Shown in pieces: positions 47,772 to 60,618 of a stretch of 64,000 nt of DNA; the first letter of the stretch is position 1, and each line of letters opens with the position of its first letter. The notes under the pieces were generated by a model. That model had not been told where the DNA came from. It did not search any database and worked only from the letters and a program-made list of their open reading frames with translations. This DNA comes from Eledone cirrhosa (lineage: Eukaryota): positions 44,392,001-44,456,000 of the forward strand of contig OZ024747.1 of NCBI GenBank assembly GCA_964016885.1. The letters are read 5' to 3'. The translations under genes were made by a program, and so were the position numbers.

Positions 47772-49250
47772 TGAAAATATTGAAGAGATAAGACACTTTG
47801 CCATTCTTCTCTGCTAAAATGTACCACTAGAGCTGATTCAAATTTTCCCAGCCAGCCATCCACCTAATCTACGAAGGTATTTTAGCCTACATATTGTCGT
47901 TAATATTATGATGTTCCCTGCTGTATTAGCGTTAAATTTTCCCTGCTGTATTAGCGATAAATTTTCGAGGGTTTCTCTTAGTAGCTTTTTCATGTCGTTA
48001 ATATTATGATGTTCCCTGCTGTATTAGCGATAAATTTTCGAGGGTTTCTCTTAGTAGCTTTTTTCATGACGTTATTATTGTTAATTTTACTGATGTAGTA
48101 TTAACTTATTAACTTGGATATTTACCATGCGGTATTCTAATCCTATTGTATCTCTCTCAGTTATTTACCATGCGACCCTCAGTTCCTACCCCCCCCCCCT
48201 CTATGCACTTCTTTAAGGCTTACTACCCTGTCTTTAACCTAATTCATTCAATCTGAAAATATTGAAGAGATAAGACACTTTGCCATTCTTCTCTGCTAAA
48301 ATGTTCCACTAGAGCTGATTCAAATTTTCCCAGCCAGCCATCCACCTAATCTACGAAGGTATTTTAGCCTACATATTGTCGTTAATATTATGATGTTCCC
48401 TGCTGTATTAGCGTTAAATTTTCCCTGCTGTATTAGCGATAAATTTTCGAGGGTTTCTCTTAGTAGCTTTTTCATGTCGTTAATATTATGATGTTCCCTG
48501 CTGTATTAGCGTTAAATTTTCCCTGCTGTATTAGCGATAAATTTTCAAGGGTTTCTCTTAGTAGCTTTTTTCATGACGTTATTATTGTTAATTTTACTGA
48601 TGTAGTATTAACTTATTAACTTGGATATTTACCATGCGGTATTCTAATCCTATTGTATCTCTCTCAGTTATTTACCATGCGACCCTCAGTTCCTACCCCC
48701 CCCCCCCTCTATGCACTTCTTTAAGGCTTACTACCCTGTCTTTAACCTAATTCATTCAATCTGAAAATATTGAAGAGATAAGACACTTTGCCATTCTTCT
48801 CTGCTAAAATGTACCACTAGAGCTGATTCAAATTTTCCCAGCCAGCCATCCACCTAATCTACGAAGGTATTTTAGCCTACATATTGTCGTTAATATTATG
48901 ATGTTCCCTGCTGTATTAGCGTTAAATTTTCCCTGCTGTATTAGCGATAAATTTTCGAGGGTTTCTCTTAGTAGCTTTTTCATGTCGTTAATATTATGAT
49001 GTTCCCTGCTGTATTAGCGTTAAATTTTCCCTGCTGTATTAGCGATAAATTTTCGAGGGTTTCTCTTAGTAGCTTTTTCATGTCGTTAATATTATGATGT
49101 TCCCTGCTGTATTAGCGTTAAATTTTCCCTGCTGTATTAGCGATAAATTTTCGAGGGTTTCTCTTAGTAGCTTTTTTCATGACGTTATTATTGTTAATTT
49201 TACTGATGTAGTATTAACTTGGATATTTACCATGCGACCCTCAGTTCCTA
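47772..49250 (+). repeat. Three tandem units of about 0.5 kb upstream of the intact LINE, each with 98-bp sub-repeats
   Basis: TGAAAATATTGAAGAGATAAGAC starts at 47772, 48254 and 48762. 98-bp sub-repeat present 2, 2 and 3 times (e.g. 48885, 48983, 49081). Units are nearly identical. Confidence 0.95.
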
Positions 49251-49495
49251 CCTCACAATTTCCCTCCCCCCCACCCCCACACACCACCATAGTCTATTCG
49301 ACCAATCAAACCTAGCATGCCATTTCCACTGCTGCTGCTGCTACTACCTGCCTAACTAACTCTCTCCTCCTCTGGCGCATCCCAACACACCCTGCCATTA
49401 CCCCACCACCACTGTCCTTCTAGCCCTCAATTTTCCCACCGTTATGGATGGATGAGCTGGGAATACACGAGCAACTCTGAATCAATAGATGAAAT

Positions 49496-52400
49496 ATGAA
49501 TCTGCGAGCTACCAAGCACCCACGTGAAGCGCCAACCCAGAGACCCTCCCCTACGAGTGTCGACAAATGCCCAAAACTCCGAGTTGGTACCATCAATGTA
49601 GGCTCAATGAAAGGAAGAGCAGGAGAAATCGTAGAAATGCTAGAGCGAAAGGAAGTTGATGTATGCTGTGTGCAAGAGACTAGATGGAGAGGAGGGTCTG
49701 CTAGAGTCCTTGTAGGAAAAAGCCAGTGCTACAAATTTTTCTGGGTGGGAAATGACGATGGGATGGGTGGTGTAGGTATACTATTAGCTGACAAGTGGGT
49801 AGATAAAGTAATCTCAGTGTACAGGGTAAATGCAAGAATCATTAAACTCAGACTAGTCCTGAATAAGACAATTACCACAATAATATCAGCTTACGCACCC
49901 CAATCGGGGCTGCCAGACGAACTTAAGGATAGGTTTTACGAGTCCCTAATACACACTACTGCTCTAACAGACGACAAGGACTTCCTAATCATTGCAGGAG
50001 ATTTTAACGGACACGTAGGTAAACACTGCGACGGCTTCAATAGAGTACATGGAGGCCATGGAGTTGGCACAAGGAATGAGGAAGGATTCAGACTTCTAGA
50101 ATTCTGCGACGCCAATGACATGTCGATATGTAACACAAACTTTAAAAAACCCGACAACCACCTGATCACCTATAGATCAGGGGAGCACTCTAGTCAGTTA
50201 GATTTTATTCTCATCAGAGGACGTGACAGATGGACGGTCGTAAACACAAAAGCCTTCCCTAGTGAGGAATGTACATCCCAACATAGCTTAGTTGTCAGCG
50301 ACCTCACGGTCAGAACTAGACGAGCCCTGAAACAGAGGCCAACCTGGAGAAGAAAGATCTGGAAGCTGAAAGTCCCCTCAACCAGTAACAGATTTAAAGA
50401 TATTTTACTCAACGCCTACGACAGTAAAGAAGAACAGATAGAGACATTTAACGTAGAAGAGAACTGGGAGTTCCTAAAAAATAACTTACTAGAGGCGACG
50501 GATGAGGTTTGTGGCTGGAGTAAGACCTCAAGCAGGAGGAGAGTGACTTGGTGGTGGAACAATAAGGTAGATGAAGCAGTCAAGGCCAAGAGACAGGCAT
50601 GGAAAGAATGGAAGAACGGGGGGAGCAGGGTACATTACATAGAGACCAAGAGGGAAGCTAGGCGACAAGTATACTTAGCTAGGAGGGAAGCAGAGGATAG
50701 AAAATTCAAGCATGTTTTACAACGTGAGGACCAGAAACAGGAGGTATTCAAGATTGCGAGGCAGTGTGTCAGAGATAGTTGTGATGTCATTGGAGAGAAG
50801 TGTATCCGGAATGATAAAGGTGAGCTTGCCCTCACAAGTGCTGAGAAGAAAGATGCATGGAAGAGTCATTATGATAGATTACTAAATGAGGAGAATGCAT
50901 GGGAAGAAGAGACCCTACCCCACGTAGACCCTATAGAGGGACCAGCAGTACAAGTCAGCGGCAGCGTAGTAAGTAAGGCAATCAGAGATATGAAGATAGG
51001 GAAGGCAACCGGTCCATCGGGTATAGCTGCCGAGATGCTGAAGGCATCTGGGTCTGTAGGTCACACTATAACCACACGTATCGTTAACCAGGTAATACTA
51101 GAGGGGGCCATACCAAAAGATTGGTGCAGTAGCATCATTGTCAACTGCTACAAAGGTAAAGGCGATGCACTAGATAGAGGAAACTATAGAGGTATAAAGT
51201 TGATGGACCAGGTCATGAAAGTAACAGAAAGAGTTATAGCACAGCTGATTAGGGACCGGGTGAATATAGACGAGATGCAATTTGGGTTTGTTCCAGGGAA
51301 AGGCACCACTGATGCGCTCTTCCTTGTGAGGCAATTACAGGAAAAGTACCTAGCTAAAAGTAAGCCACTCTACTTGGCATTTGTCGACCTTGAGAAAGCC
51401 TTTGACAGAGTTCCACGTGCAGTAATCTGGTGGGCTCTTAGAAAACTAGGAGTAGATGAATGGCTTGTGAAAGCGGTACAAGCCATGTATAGGGGAGCAG
51501 TCAGCAAAGTTAGGATTGGCAATGAGTATAGCGAGGAATTTAGCGTACAGGTTGGGGTCCACCAGGGCTCTGTTCTTAGCCCTCTCCTGTTCATCATAGT
51601 CCTGCAGGCAATAACGGAGGAGTTTAAGACCGGATGCCCATGGGAACTCCTGTATGCTGATGACCTCGCACTCATAGCTGAATCTATGGTAGAACTAGAG
51701 AATAAATTCCAAACCTGGAAGCAGGGACTAGAGAGAAAGGGCCTCAAAGTCAACATGACAAAGACTAAGGTCCTTATAAGTAGACGAGAAAACAGAACCC
51801 AGATCCCCTCAGGGAAATGGCCTTGCTCAGTATGTAGGAAAGGTGTAGGTAGGAACTCCATTCTTTGCCCCAAATGCAAACAATGGGTACACAAGAGATG
51901 TAGCGGGATCTCAGGAAGCTTAATTAAGAATGTAGGATTCACATGCAGCAGCTGTGCTGAAACAGCAAGCAAACAGCCACAGGAAACAAGTACCACCAAT
52001 CTCTGGGAGGGCCCTGTAGAAACAGTAGACAGCTTCTGCTACCTAGGTGACCGAATTAGCAACGGAGGTGGGTGCTCAGAAAGTACAATAACTAGGGTAA
52101 GAACGGGATGGAAGAAGTTTAGGGAACTACTACCACTGCTAGCTGCAAAAGGCTTCTCCCTCAGAATGAAAGGCAGACTGTATGATGCGTGTATCCGAAC
52201 AGCGATGTTGCATGGTAGTGAGACCTGGGCGCTGAAGGTGGAAGACTTACGTAGATTAGAGAGAAACGAAGCCTGCATGCTCCGATGGATGTGTAACAGT
52301 AATATACGTGAACGACAAAGCATAAATGAATTGAGAGAGAGACTGAGCATAAGAGGAATCAAATGCTGCGTGCAGGAGAGGCGGTTACGCTGGTATGGAC

Positions 52401-52615
52401 ATGTGATGCGTATGAAGGATGACAGCTGCATAAAAAGGTGCAGAGCACTAGAAGTTGATGGAAACCGCGGAGTGGGGAGACCCAAGATGACTTGGGATGA
52501 GGTGATAAAAGCCGACCTTACCCAACTACACCTCTCAAAGTCAATGACACACGACCGTGACTTCTGGCGTCACGCAGTAATACAGGGTACCCGACCTCCC
52601 ATGGGTACATGCTGA
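49496..52615 (+). CDS. RTE LINE ORF: APE endonuclease + reverse transcriptase + C4HC3 (PHD-like) zinc finger
   Basis: APE motifs GTINV, VQETRW, SAYAPQ, AGDFNGH, LDFIL, SQH. RT motifs NYRGIKL, QFGF, FVDLEKAFD, GVHQGSVLSP, YADD (51653-64), FCYLG. RTE C-terminus LHGSETW, RRLRWYGH, GRPK. No stops or frameshifts. Confidence 0.97.
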   Translation: MNLRATKHPREAPTQRPSPTSVDKCPKLRVGTINVGSMKGRAGEIVEMLERKEVDVCCVQETRWRGGSARVLVGKSQCYKFFWVGNDDGMGGVGILLADKWVDKVISVYRVNARIIKLRLVLNKTITTIISAYAPQSGLPDELKDRFYESLIHTTALTDDKDFLIIAGDFNGHVGKHCDGFNRVHGGHGVGTRNEEGFRLLEFCDANDMSICNTNFKKPDNHLITYRSGEHSSQLDFILIRGRDRWTVVNTKAFPSEECTSQHSLVVSDLTVRTRRALKQRPTWRRKIWKLKVPSTSNRFKDILLNAYDSKEEQIETFNVEENWEFLKNNLLEATDEVCGWSKTSSRRRVTWWWNNKVDEAVKAKRQAWKEWKNGGSRVHYIETKREARRQVYLARREAEDRKFKHVLQREDQKQEVFKIARQCVRDSCDVIGEKCIRNDKGELALTSAEKKDAWKSHYDRLLNEENAWEEETLPHVDPIEGPAVQVSGSVVSKAIRDMKIGKATGPSGIAAEMLKASGSVGHTITTRIVNQVILEGAIPKDWCSSIIVNCYKGKGDALDRGNYRGIKLMDQVMKVTERVIAQLIRDRVNIDEMQFGFVPGKGTTDALFLVRQLQEKYLAKSKPLYLAFVDLEKAFDRVPRAVIWWALRKLGVDEWLVKAVQAMYRGAVSKVRIGNEYSEEFSVQVGVHQGSVLSPLLFIIVLQAITEEFKTGCPWELLYADDLALIAESMVELENKFQTWKQGLERKGLKVNMTKTKVLISRRENRTQIPSGKWPCSVCRKGVGRNSILCPKCKQWVHKRCSGISGSLIKNVGFTCSSCAETASKQPQETSTTNLWEGPVETVDSFCYLGDRISNGGGCSESTITRVRTGWKKFRELLPLLAAKGFSLRMKGRLYDACIRTAMLHGSETWALKVEDLRRLERNEACMLRWMCNSNIRERQSINELRERLSIRGIKCCVQERRLRWYGHVMRMKDDSCIKRCRALEVDGNRGVGRPKMTWDEVIKADLTQLHLSKSMTHDRDFWRHAVIQGTRPPMGTC

Positions 52616-52916
52616 AGCATATAAACAATATGCCCCCCCCCCCACCGCAAGGTGGTCGTGGAGGTGCCACAGCAAAAAAGCACCCAGCCCACACTGTAAA
52701 GTGGACGTGTAGGCGCCACGAAAAAGCACCCAGCACTCACTGTAAATGAGGTTGGTGTTAGGAAGGGCATCCAGCTGTAGAAATCAAGCCAGATCAGTTC
52801 CTGTATGAGCAAGGCATGGTCAGCCGACCAGACACTGCCCACAACAGGACAACCCGTCTAACCCATGCTAGCGTGGAAGAACGGACGTAAAACGGTGATG
52901 ATGATGATGATGATGA

Positions 52917-52967
<51 letters not shown>

Positions 52968-52998
52968 AATGTATGTATCTATATATATATATATATAT

Positions 52999-55226
52999 AA
53001 TCATCATCATCATCATCATCATTTAACATCTATCTTCCACGCTAGCATGGGTTTAGACGGGAATTGTCCCACTTGAGGCAAGATTGGTTGCCTGGAAGGT
53101 TTTGTATGGCTGGATGCCCTCCCTAACACCAACCACATTTACAGTGTGGACTGGGAGGTTTTTACCATGTTACCTACACAAGCCACCTTACAGCGTGGAC
53201 TGTGTGTTGTTTTTGTCGTGACACCTACACAACCTCATTTATTTAGGACTGGATGTTGTGGTACCAACATAACTTTACAGCGAAAGGGGAGGTGTAGATG
53301 GGGGTGGGGGTAGGGGTAGTGGGATGGGGGTGTATTTTTGGTTAAGAAGTGCTTACTGACTGTAGGTTTCGCTTTGTACTTAGGCAAGGTGGGTTTTCTG
53401 TATTACTGCATAACGCCAAAGATCTCAGTCCAGCGACATTGTCTTAGAGAGGTGTAAGTGTGTAAGGTCGGAATTTATCAAATCGTCCCAGGTTTTTCTG
53501 GGTCTGCTTACTCCGTAGCTACCATCTATTTTGATCACCCTGCACTTTTTTATACAGCTGTCGTCTTTCATGTGCATCACGTGACCATACCAACGTAGTC
53601 TTCTTTCGAGTAAATAGCATCTGATCCTTCTTATTCCTAATTTCTCACTTAGTTTATTTATGCTTTGCCGTTCACGTATATTACTATTACACATCCAACG
53701 GAGCATGCAAGCTTCGTTCTTCTCCAGTCTGCATAGATCCTCTGCACACAATGCCCATGTCTCACTGCCATGTAACATTGATGTTCGTATACAGGCATCA
53801 TACAGTCTACCTTTCATTTTTAGAGAGAAACCTTTAGCGGTCAATAGTGGTATAAGCTCTCTGAACTTTTTCCATCCCGTTCTGACTCTAGCTACTGTAC
53901 TTTCAGAGCACCCTCCACCACTGCTGATTTTGTCACCCAGGTAACGGAAGGTGTCCACTATTTCTATAGAACCATCTGGGCACCATGTGTGCACTTGCTA
54001 CTACTTATTGCACCTGAGCACCGGCCACATATAAAATCTATGTTCTTAGTTAGCTTACCTGTGATTCCACTACATCTTTTATGCACCCATACTTTGCATT
54101 TGGGACATAAAATAGAGTCTCTGCCTACTCCTTTCCTACACACAGAGCATGGCCATTTCCCAGAGGGGACCAGTGCCCTATTTTCTTTCCTACATACTAG
54201 AACTTTAGTCTTAGACAAGTTAATTTTAAGGCCTTTTGATTCTAGCCCATGCTTCCATGTTTGGAATTTCTTCTCTAGTTCAGCCATTGATTCAGCTATG
54301 AGCATTAAATCATCTGCATAGAGAAGTTCCCATGGGCAGCCGATCTTGAACTCCTCTGTTATAGCTTGGAGAGCGAAAATAAATAGAAGGGAGCTAAGGA
54401 CAGAGCCTTGATGAACCCCAACTTTTATGCTAAACTCTTCACTATATTCGTTGTTAATTCTAACCTTGCTGACTGTTTCTTTATACATGGCTTGTATAGC
54501 TCTCACAAGCCATTCATCAACACCTAGTTTTCTGAGAGCCCACCAGATAATGGAGTAGGGGACTCTCTCAAAGGCTTTTTCCAAGTCAACAAAAGCTAAG
54601 TATAGGGGTTTACTTTTAGCTAGGTACTTCTCCTGTAATTGTCATACAAGGAAAAGAGCGTCTGTGGTACTTTTACCTGACACAAACTCAAACTGCATTT
54701 CATCTAGATTAATTCGCTCTCTGATTAGTTGCGCTATAACTTTTTCTGTGACCTTCATGACCTGGTCAATTAATTTAATGCCTCTATAGTTTCCCCTATC
54801 TAGGGCATCTCCTTTAGCCTTGTAGCAGTTAATAATGATGCTGGTATGCCAATCCTTCAGAACGGCCCCATTCTGTATGACTTGGTTTACTATCTGGGTG
54901 ACCATGGTGTGTCCCACCGTTCCAGATGCTTTCAGCATTTCAGCAACTATCTCCAAAGGCCCAGCTGCCTTGCTTGTCTTCATATCTTTGATTGCCTTAC
55001 TTATTATACTACCTTCAACTAGCACTGCTGGTCCCTCTATTGGATTGATGTGGGGCAGACTGTCTTTGTCCCATTTATTCTCCTCATTTAGTAGCCTTTC
55101 GTAGTGACACTTCCAAGCTACCTTCTTATCAGCGTCAGTGATGGCAAGTACACCATCATCATTACGGACACACTTCTCCCCGACAATATCATGGTTTTCC
55201 TTGACACATTGCCTTGCAATCCTGAA
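52999..55226 (-). mobile_element. 5'-truncated, disrupted RTE LINE (sister subfamily), tail-to-tail with the intact copy
   Basis: ORF pieces 54642-55253, 53964-54584 (YADD, PHD-like finger) and 53425-53994 are separated by a stop and a frameshift. (GAT)n tail at 52999-53021. Confidence 0.93.
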
Positions 55227-58200
55227 CACACACATATATATATATATATACATATATATACATACATATATAATTTTTTTTTATATAAAATTAAAAATAC
55301 TATTGAAATATCCCAAATAATATTGTTTACAGAAGTATTTCTGGAAATGTATTACTTACTAACTTTAAAAAAAGTACTTATATGTCTACTTCTAAAGTGA
55401 AAATATGAAGAAAACTTAATATATTTCTTTGATATGAATTATAGCAGTTCATCAATGGAAGATTGTCTTTGCAGCAACAGTTACAATCATATAAAGGATG
55501 ATACTACAGTATTTATTTTGTTCTAGCATTATTAGAAACAGTAACATCAAAGGAACATTTCCTATTAAAAACACAGCATTTCTTTGACTAGCAACTGAAT
55601 TTTCAGCACTAGAAAACTCCCATTGGATCATTTGAAATGAAAAGAAGCAAACATAGACAGCCATTCACTTTGATTATTATACTGCAACATTTAGTTCAAT
55701 GTCAGACATATCTCTGACCTTGACTTATCACAAGCCGATGGTTGTTCAGTAAATTAATTATTTTGCAAATATCCACTAACAAAATATCTATAATCTACAT
55801 TCAGTTAGTAACTATTCTCCTTGTCTGCTTGATAAAATACTTAACAGTAGACAACAAAAACAATTTTCTAAGTATAGAAACTATTTTAACCAGTCCCCAC
55901 CCCCAATATTCTCATCATGTTAGTTATGTCTAGAAAATTGAATCAGAACATTTACTAAACAGCTTACCAGAGTTCTACAATGTAAAATTTTCCTTCTATT
56001 TTTTAGCCAGCTCCCAACTATTTCTGTAGGTTTTTTCCTTTTTACAACTCGCTGTATTCTGCCTATGACGATTCTATGTGGAATGGGCCTCAGTCAGTTT
56101 CAACAATGAGTATACCAGGTGTTTTATTAACAGAATAGCCACTTTATGTTATTAATGTGCATTCCACATAACATAATTCTCAGGGGGATTCAGCATGACA
56201 CAGTATACAATCAATCCAATAGCCTTCCAACAGTTTCTTTGTAACTAATTTCACTTACAAGGTATGGGTCGACTCAAGGTTCTCGTAAATGACACTTCTC
56301 CAAGATGCTAGGCAGTGGGCTTGAACCCAGAACATAATGGTTGCAAAGCAAACTTCTTAACCATTTGGCCATGCTGCATCCATGGCCCACATACAAGATA
56401 GTATTTACACCATTCCAGATGTCTAGATCTGAGTGTGTGGCTCCAATACATAATATAAGAATTCATATGACAGATCTCATTGTCATATTAGTAAGTATTC
56501 AAACATATCTAAGCCAAAATGGGAGTCAGAAAAAACTAGAATAATAGCAAATCTACAACAATTGTGTGACAACTCCTCTGATTGTCTACTGGAAAATAGA
56601 AGAAAAGAGAAGCAAATATCAAGTGATATTTTCAAAATCCATCATTTCCAACAGGAGGCTAATTTATATCCTCATGTATAATGAAATTGTTTATTCATGA
56701 CCAAGCAATTTCAGCAATCTATTTTGCCTTAGTTACCTTCTGGAGTCATCTCTATTTACACTATACTGCTGCCAAGTTAAATCCGTTTTACTAAATAAAT
56801 AAATGTGAAAAAAAACAAAAAAAAAAAAAAAAAAAAAACTAAGTAGGTAATCTACCAAGCTTTTAAAGTTTCCTGTAACCTCCTATCTTATAACTTGGAA
56901 TGCCTTTATTTTATTCAGTTTTTTTATTCATTTGGGCATTCTACTCTAAGAATATGAATATTTAAAATATCTCATTGTTGAAATGAATGATAATATGCTT
57001 CTAGCATTTAGTCTGACATTTATTATTTTACAGGCTTTAAAACAAACTACAACTCAGATTTTAACAGCTAATTAAAATGAAGTGACTAATTATTTTTTGG
57101 TAGTTAAAATGCTAATATTTGTGTAAAATGTCCTACTGAAATAGATAGCTCAATATTGTGTTCTCAATGAGTTCTTAATTCAAATATACTTTGTGATAGG
57201 TCACAGATATAGTCTCCTTTTTTCCCCCATTTTTCTTTCTCACTCCTCTTGGCACTTAGTCAAGCAATAATTTAATTAGTACAATTATTTTCACAAGTCA
57301 GTAACGCTGCTCTTTTGTCTACAACCAAGCAGAACAACAAGAGGCAACTTTCAAACTTAACAGAAAAGCTGGACATTTTAAGGAAAGAGATATATATCCA
57401 CATTTGAGAGTGTGCCAATAGCAACATTAGACATGGTTAGTGCAGTTAAATTGTATTTGTTGTCTCAGACAATCAGTGAATGAGAGGATTATCATTTAAC
57501 ACACACATACACACACACAGACAGACATATACATATACAATACTTTTAGGTTCATCAAATATTAAGAGGTACATGAAATGCTACAAAATGTAGAGTTACA
57601 AGCCCAAATGGCCATAAACAAGCTCGCATTTATTCAACCTTGCCAAGGTTAGATGGAAACATCAATATATTGATTTCAGTAAAATGATCATAGATTAGTT
57701 TAATCTGAATAGCACAGTTCATCTGGAGTCCAGGTCTAAGAGTTATTTGGGACCAATTCATATTTCAGCTTTAACAGACATCAACAAGATATGCTATTTT
57801 TATTAGAAAATGCTTAAGTAAGTAAACAGTGTTTGTGGAATAGAAATGAAATACTGAACTGTTGGAAGAATGCTACAAGGATTTTAAATACTGGTCATTA
57901 GCATATTGGAAATAGAGCAGACAACCTGTATGAAAACAGTGCTGGTGGCATACTGACCTTACAAATGGAATATCCTATATTATTAGTTTTCTATTTTTAC
58001 ATAAGAATTCCATTTAGGGCATATCCGTTGACTTTGTTTAGAAGTCTTGTAAAACATTTCAAAAATCTCATGTAATATTTTAAGATATAAACAATCACTT
58101 GATTATAATTTCATAAAGTAACATTTGTAAAATATAGCATAAAGATTAAATCCAATAGTATTTCAACTAATTTTATTATATACTGTAAAATGTAATGAAA

Positions 58201-59402
58201 ATATATCATGTTCAATAGAAGAAGCAAATAAACAAAAAATGAATAAATCAAATACATTAGGAAACATTTTTTAAAATCCTTTCATATCGAAAGCTAGAAC
58301 AAATGTCATAAAGTCTATTTAACAAATTTCTTCAGTCATATAGAACTTATAATCCAATGAACTTTTTTTATCCTCAAGAAATTATATTTTCATTCAATAT
58401 CTTGATAAATTGATATGAAGTCTCTACTGTTTAGTTTATGTTTACAATTTTTACATTGTATGACATTTAATGATATGCTTAAGTTCATAATTCTTAAGCT
58501 ATAAAAACTAAAAAGATCAGCTTATGGCATTAATGTTAGTATAGGTTTTCCTTAATGCACAGAATGAAAGTTTTGTTTCATAGAAAATTAAACCCAGTCA
58601 ACATAGAAATACAAAGTAAAATGAATTACTGTATTTTAAATAATCTATTCTAATAATAAAATACTTTGATACTTGAAGCCCAAATTCTTAACAGTCTTTC
58701 TTTAGTATATATCTATATCAGAGAGTTACAGTTAGTGAAGTTGATTGTGTATCTATCAGCTTCCAAGACAAAATGTCAATGATTAGAATTCCTACACTTG
58801 TGTTACATTGTGTCATTAACAAAGATATCTAATTCTTAATGGACTAGGTTATTCATTCTTAATAGCTTCGTCTACACAGAATTAAGTAGTTACCATAAAG
58901 AATAGGTGAAGTAGTAAACTCTTGATAAATCCATCACTCCATTTTAACTCTTGATTCAAATAGCTTTACTTAGTGTTCAGCTTAGTATATTTGCTCCAAC
59001 AAATGAAGCAACTACACAATTAAAATAAGCAAGTTGCAGAAGTCAAATGTATGAAATAGTGAATTGTTAGATCTCAGTTAGATGGGATTTACCCTGTAGG
59101 TATTAACCATTATCAGCAAGGGTTGGACAGGTCTTTTCAGACTGAGTCAGTAGTCAAGTAGAGCTACTGACCTCTAAGATGGACCAGGGGCCTACATCTT
59201 GCTTACATATGTTTCTATACTCTACTGAATGAATTATATATATATATATATACAGACAGTCCTATGCGAGCAAGACAACCACTCTTGCCTCAAGTGGGAA
59301 AACTCCCATCCAAACCCATGCAAGCGTGGAAGATGGACGTTAAACGATGATGATGAAGCAGGGAAAAGCAGACGTAAAATGATGATGATGATGATCATCA
59401 TG

Positions 59403-59440
<38 letters not shown>

Positions 59441-60452
59441 CATCATCATCATTTAAAAATGCTAGATCGGATTGGATCAGTCTTCACAAACTGAGTCAGT
59501 GCTCAAGTAGAGCTACAAACCTCGCAAAAGGAACATGTACCTATATCCCACATATATTCCTCTGCTCTACAACACTAGGGAGGTTGTCATGTTATGATGA
59601 TATTGATATTAATTTCTTAAGTAAGCAGAAGGGTTCAAATATTTAAAATTGAAGGATGATTTTTCATTAAGTTTTATGTATTTTCCTTAGGCAAGAAACT
59701 CAACACTATTTGGTTATTTATCACTGATTGGAATATTAAACCAGTTGGTGCTGACTCAAACCCCACTGTAGATATATGCATGGAAAAAGCTCTTTACTCT
59801 TTGGATGCCAAAAGTTTGTCATGTTTAACTTAGAAAGTAAGAAATACTATGCCTAAATGTATAAGGTTCCCTACTCCTCATGTATTGTATCCCTGTCCAA
59901 AATACTGATGCCAATGTAACTAAAACAGCATTCCTACTTAATAATCATTAACTATTTAGTAATTTACTGTAAATTGAAGCACATATGAGTCTATCAGTAA
60001 ATTAATTACAATGTGTCTTAGAGGTATAAGTTTATAAATATTTGTTGAAATTTATATAACATTTAAAGATTTAAAAAAAAAGTGGTAATGCTGGTGTCAA
60101 AATAAAAAGGCACAAGCCCACTCTGTGAAATGATAGTGCTGGTTCCACGATATAATGCACATTATAACTATAGATCAGGCTGATGAATGCGAGAAAGTTC
60201 TCCAGAAAGTTAACCAGGATTAAAAAAAAAAGTTTCCACCGAAGTTGAAGGACTTATTAGATCTACATAGCAAAATTGTAAAATTATAAAATTAAATTGT
60301 TAAAGAATACCAACTGTGAAGTCATTTTTTTTTCATTTTTTCAAATATACCTAACTGTACCAAGGATCTCACACATTTTCCAATATATGTGTGTGTATAT
60401 ATATATATATACAATATATTAATAAATGGAAACTATATTTATAAAACCAATT

Positions 60453-60518
60453 TATTTTATTATATATATTTCAAGGGCAACCAAGGCAAATTATGGTGCG
60501 CTTTCATCAGATAAAATA
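60453..60518 (-). ncRNA. Type I hammerhead ribozyme (left arm)
   Basis: Reverse complement of 60619-60684. Confidence 0.85.
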
Positions 60519-60618
60519 CAGATTTGTTTAATAAATAAATATTGACATACCCGGAAAAAAGACAACCTTACAACCTTAACGGTTGGAGCTTCCTGGATAG
60601 ATTTATAAAACAAATCTG

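Larger units (their letters stand above)
47772..52920 (+). mobile_element. Apparently full-length, intact RTE-clade LINE
   Basis: Repeated 5' region, single 1039-aa ORF, about 300-nt 3' UTR, (GAT)n tail. Flanked by (TA)n on both sides, so the TSD and exact 5' boundary cannot be resolved. Confidence 0.85.

Noticed and set aside
49936-52485. Antisense ORFs inside the LINE ORF
   Set aside because: Shadow frames of the coding strand with no motifs.
47255-55226. One minus-strand LINE split by insertion of the intact element
   Set aside because: The 47255-47620 fragment duplicates sequence also present at 54700-55060 and the order is incompatible, so these are separate insertions.
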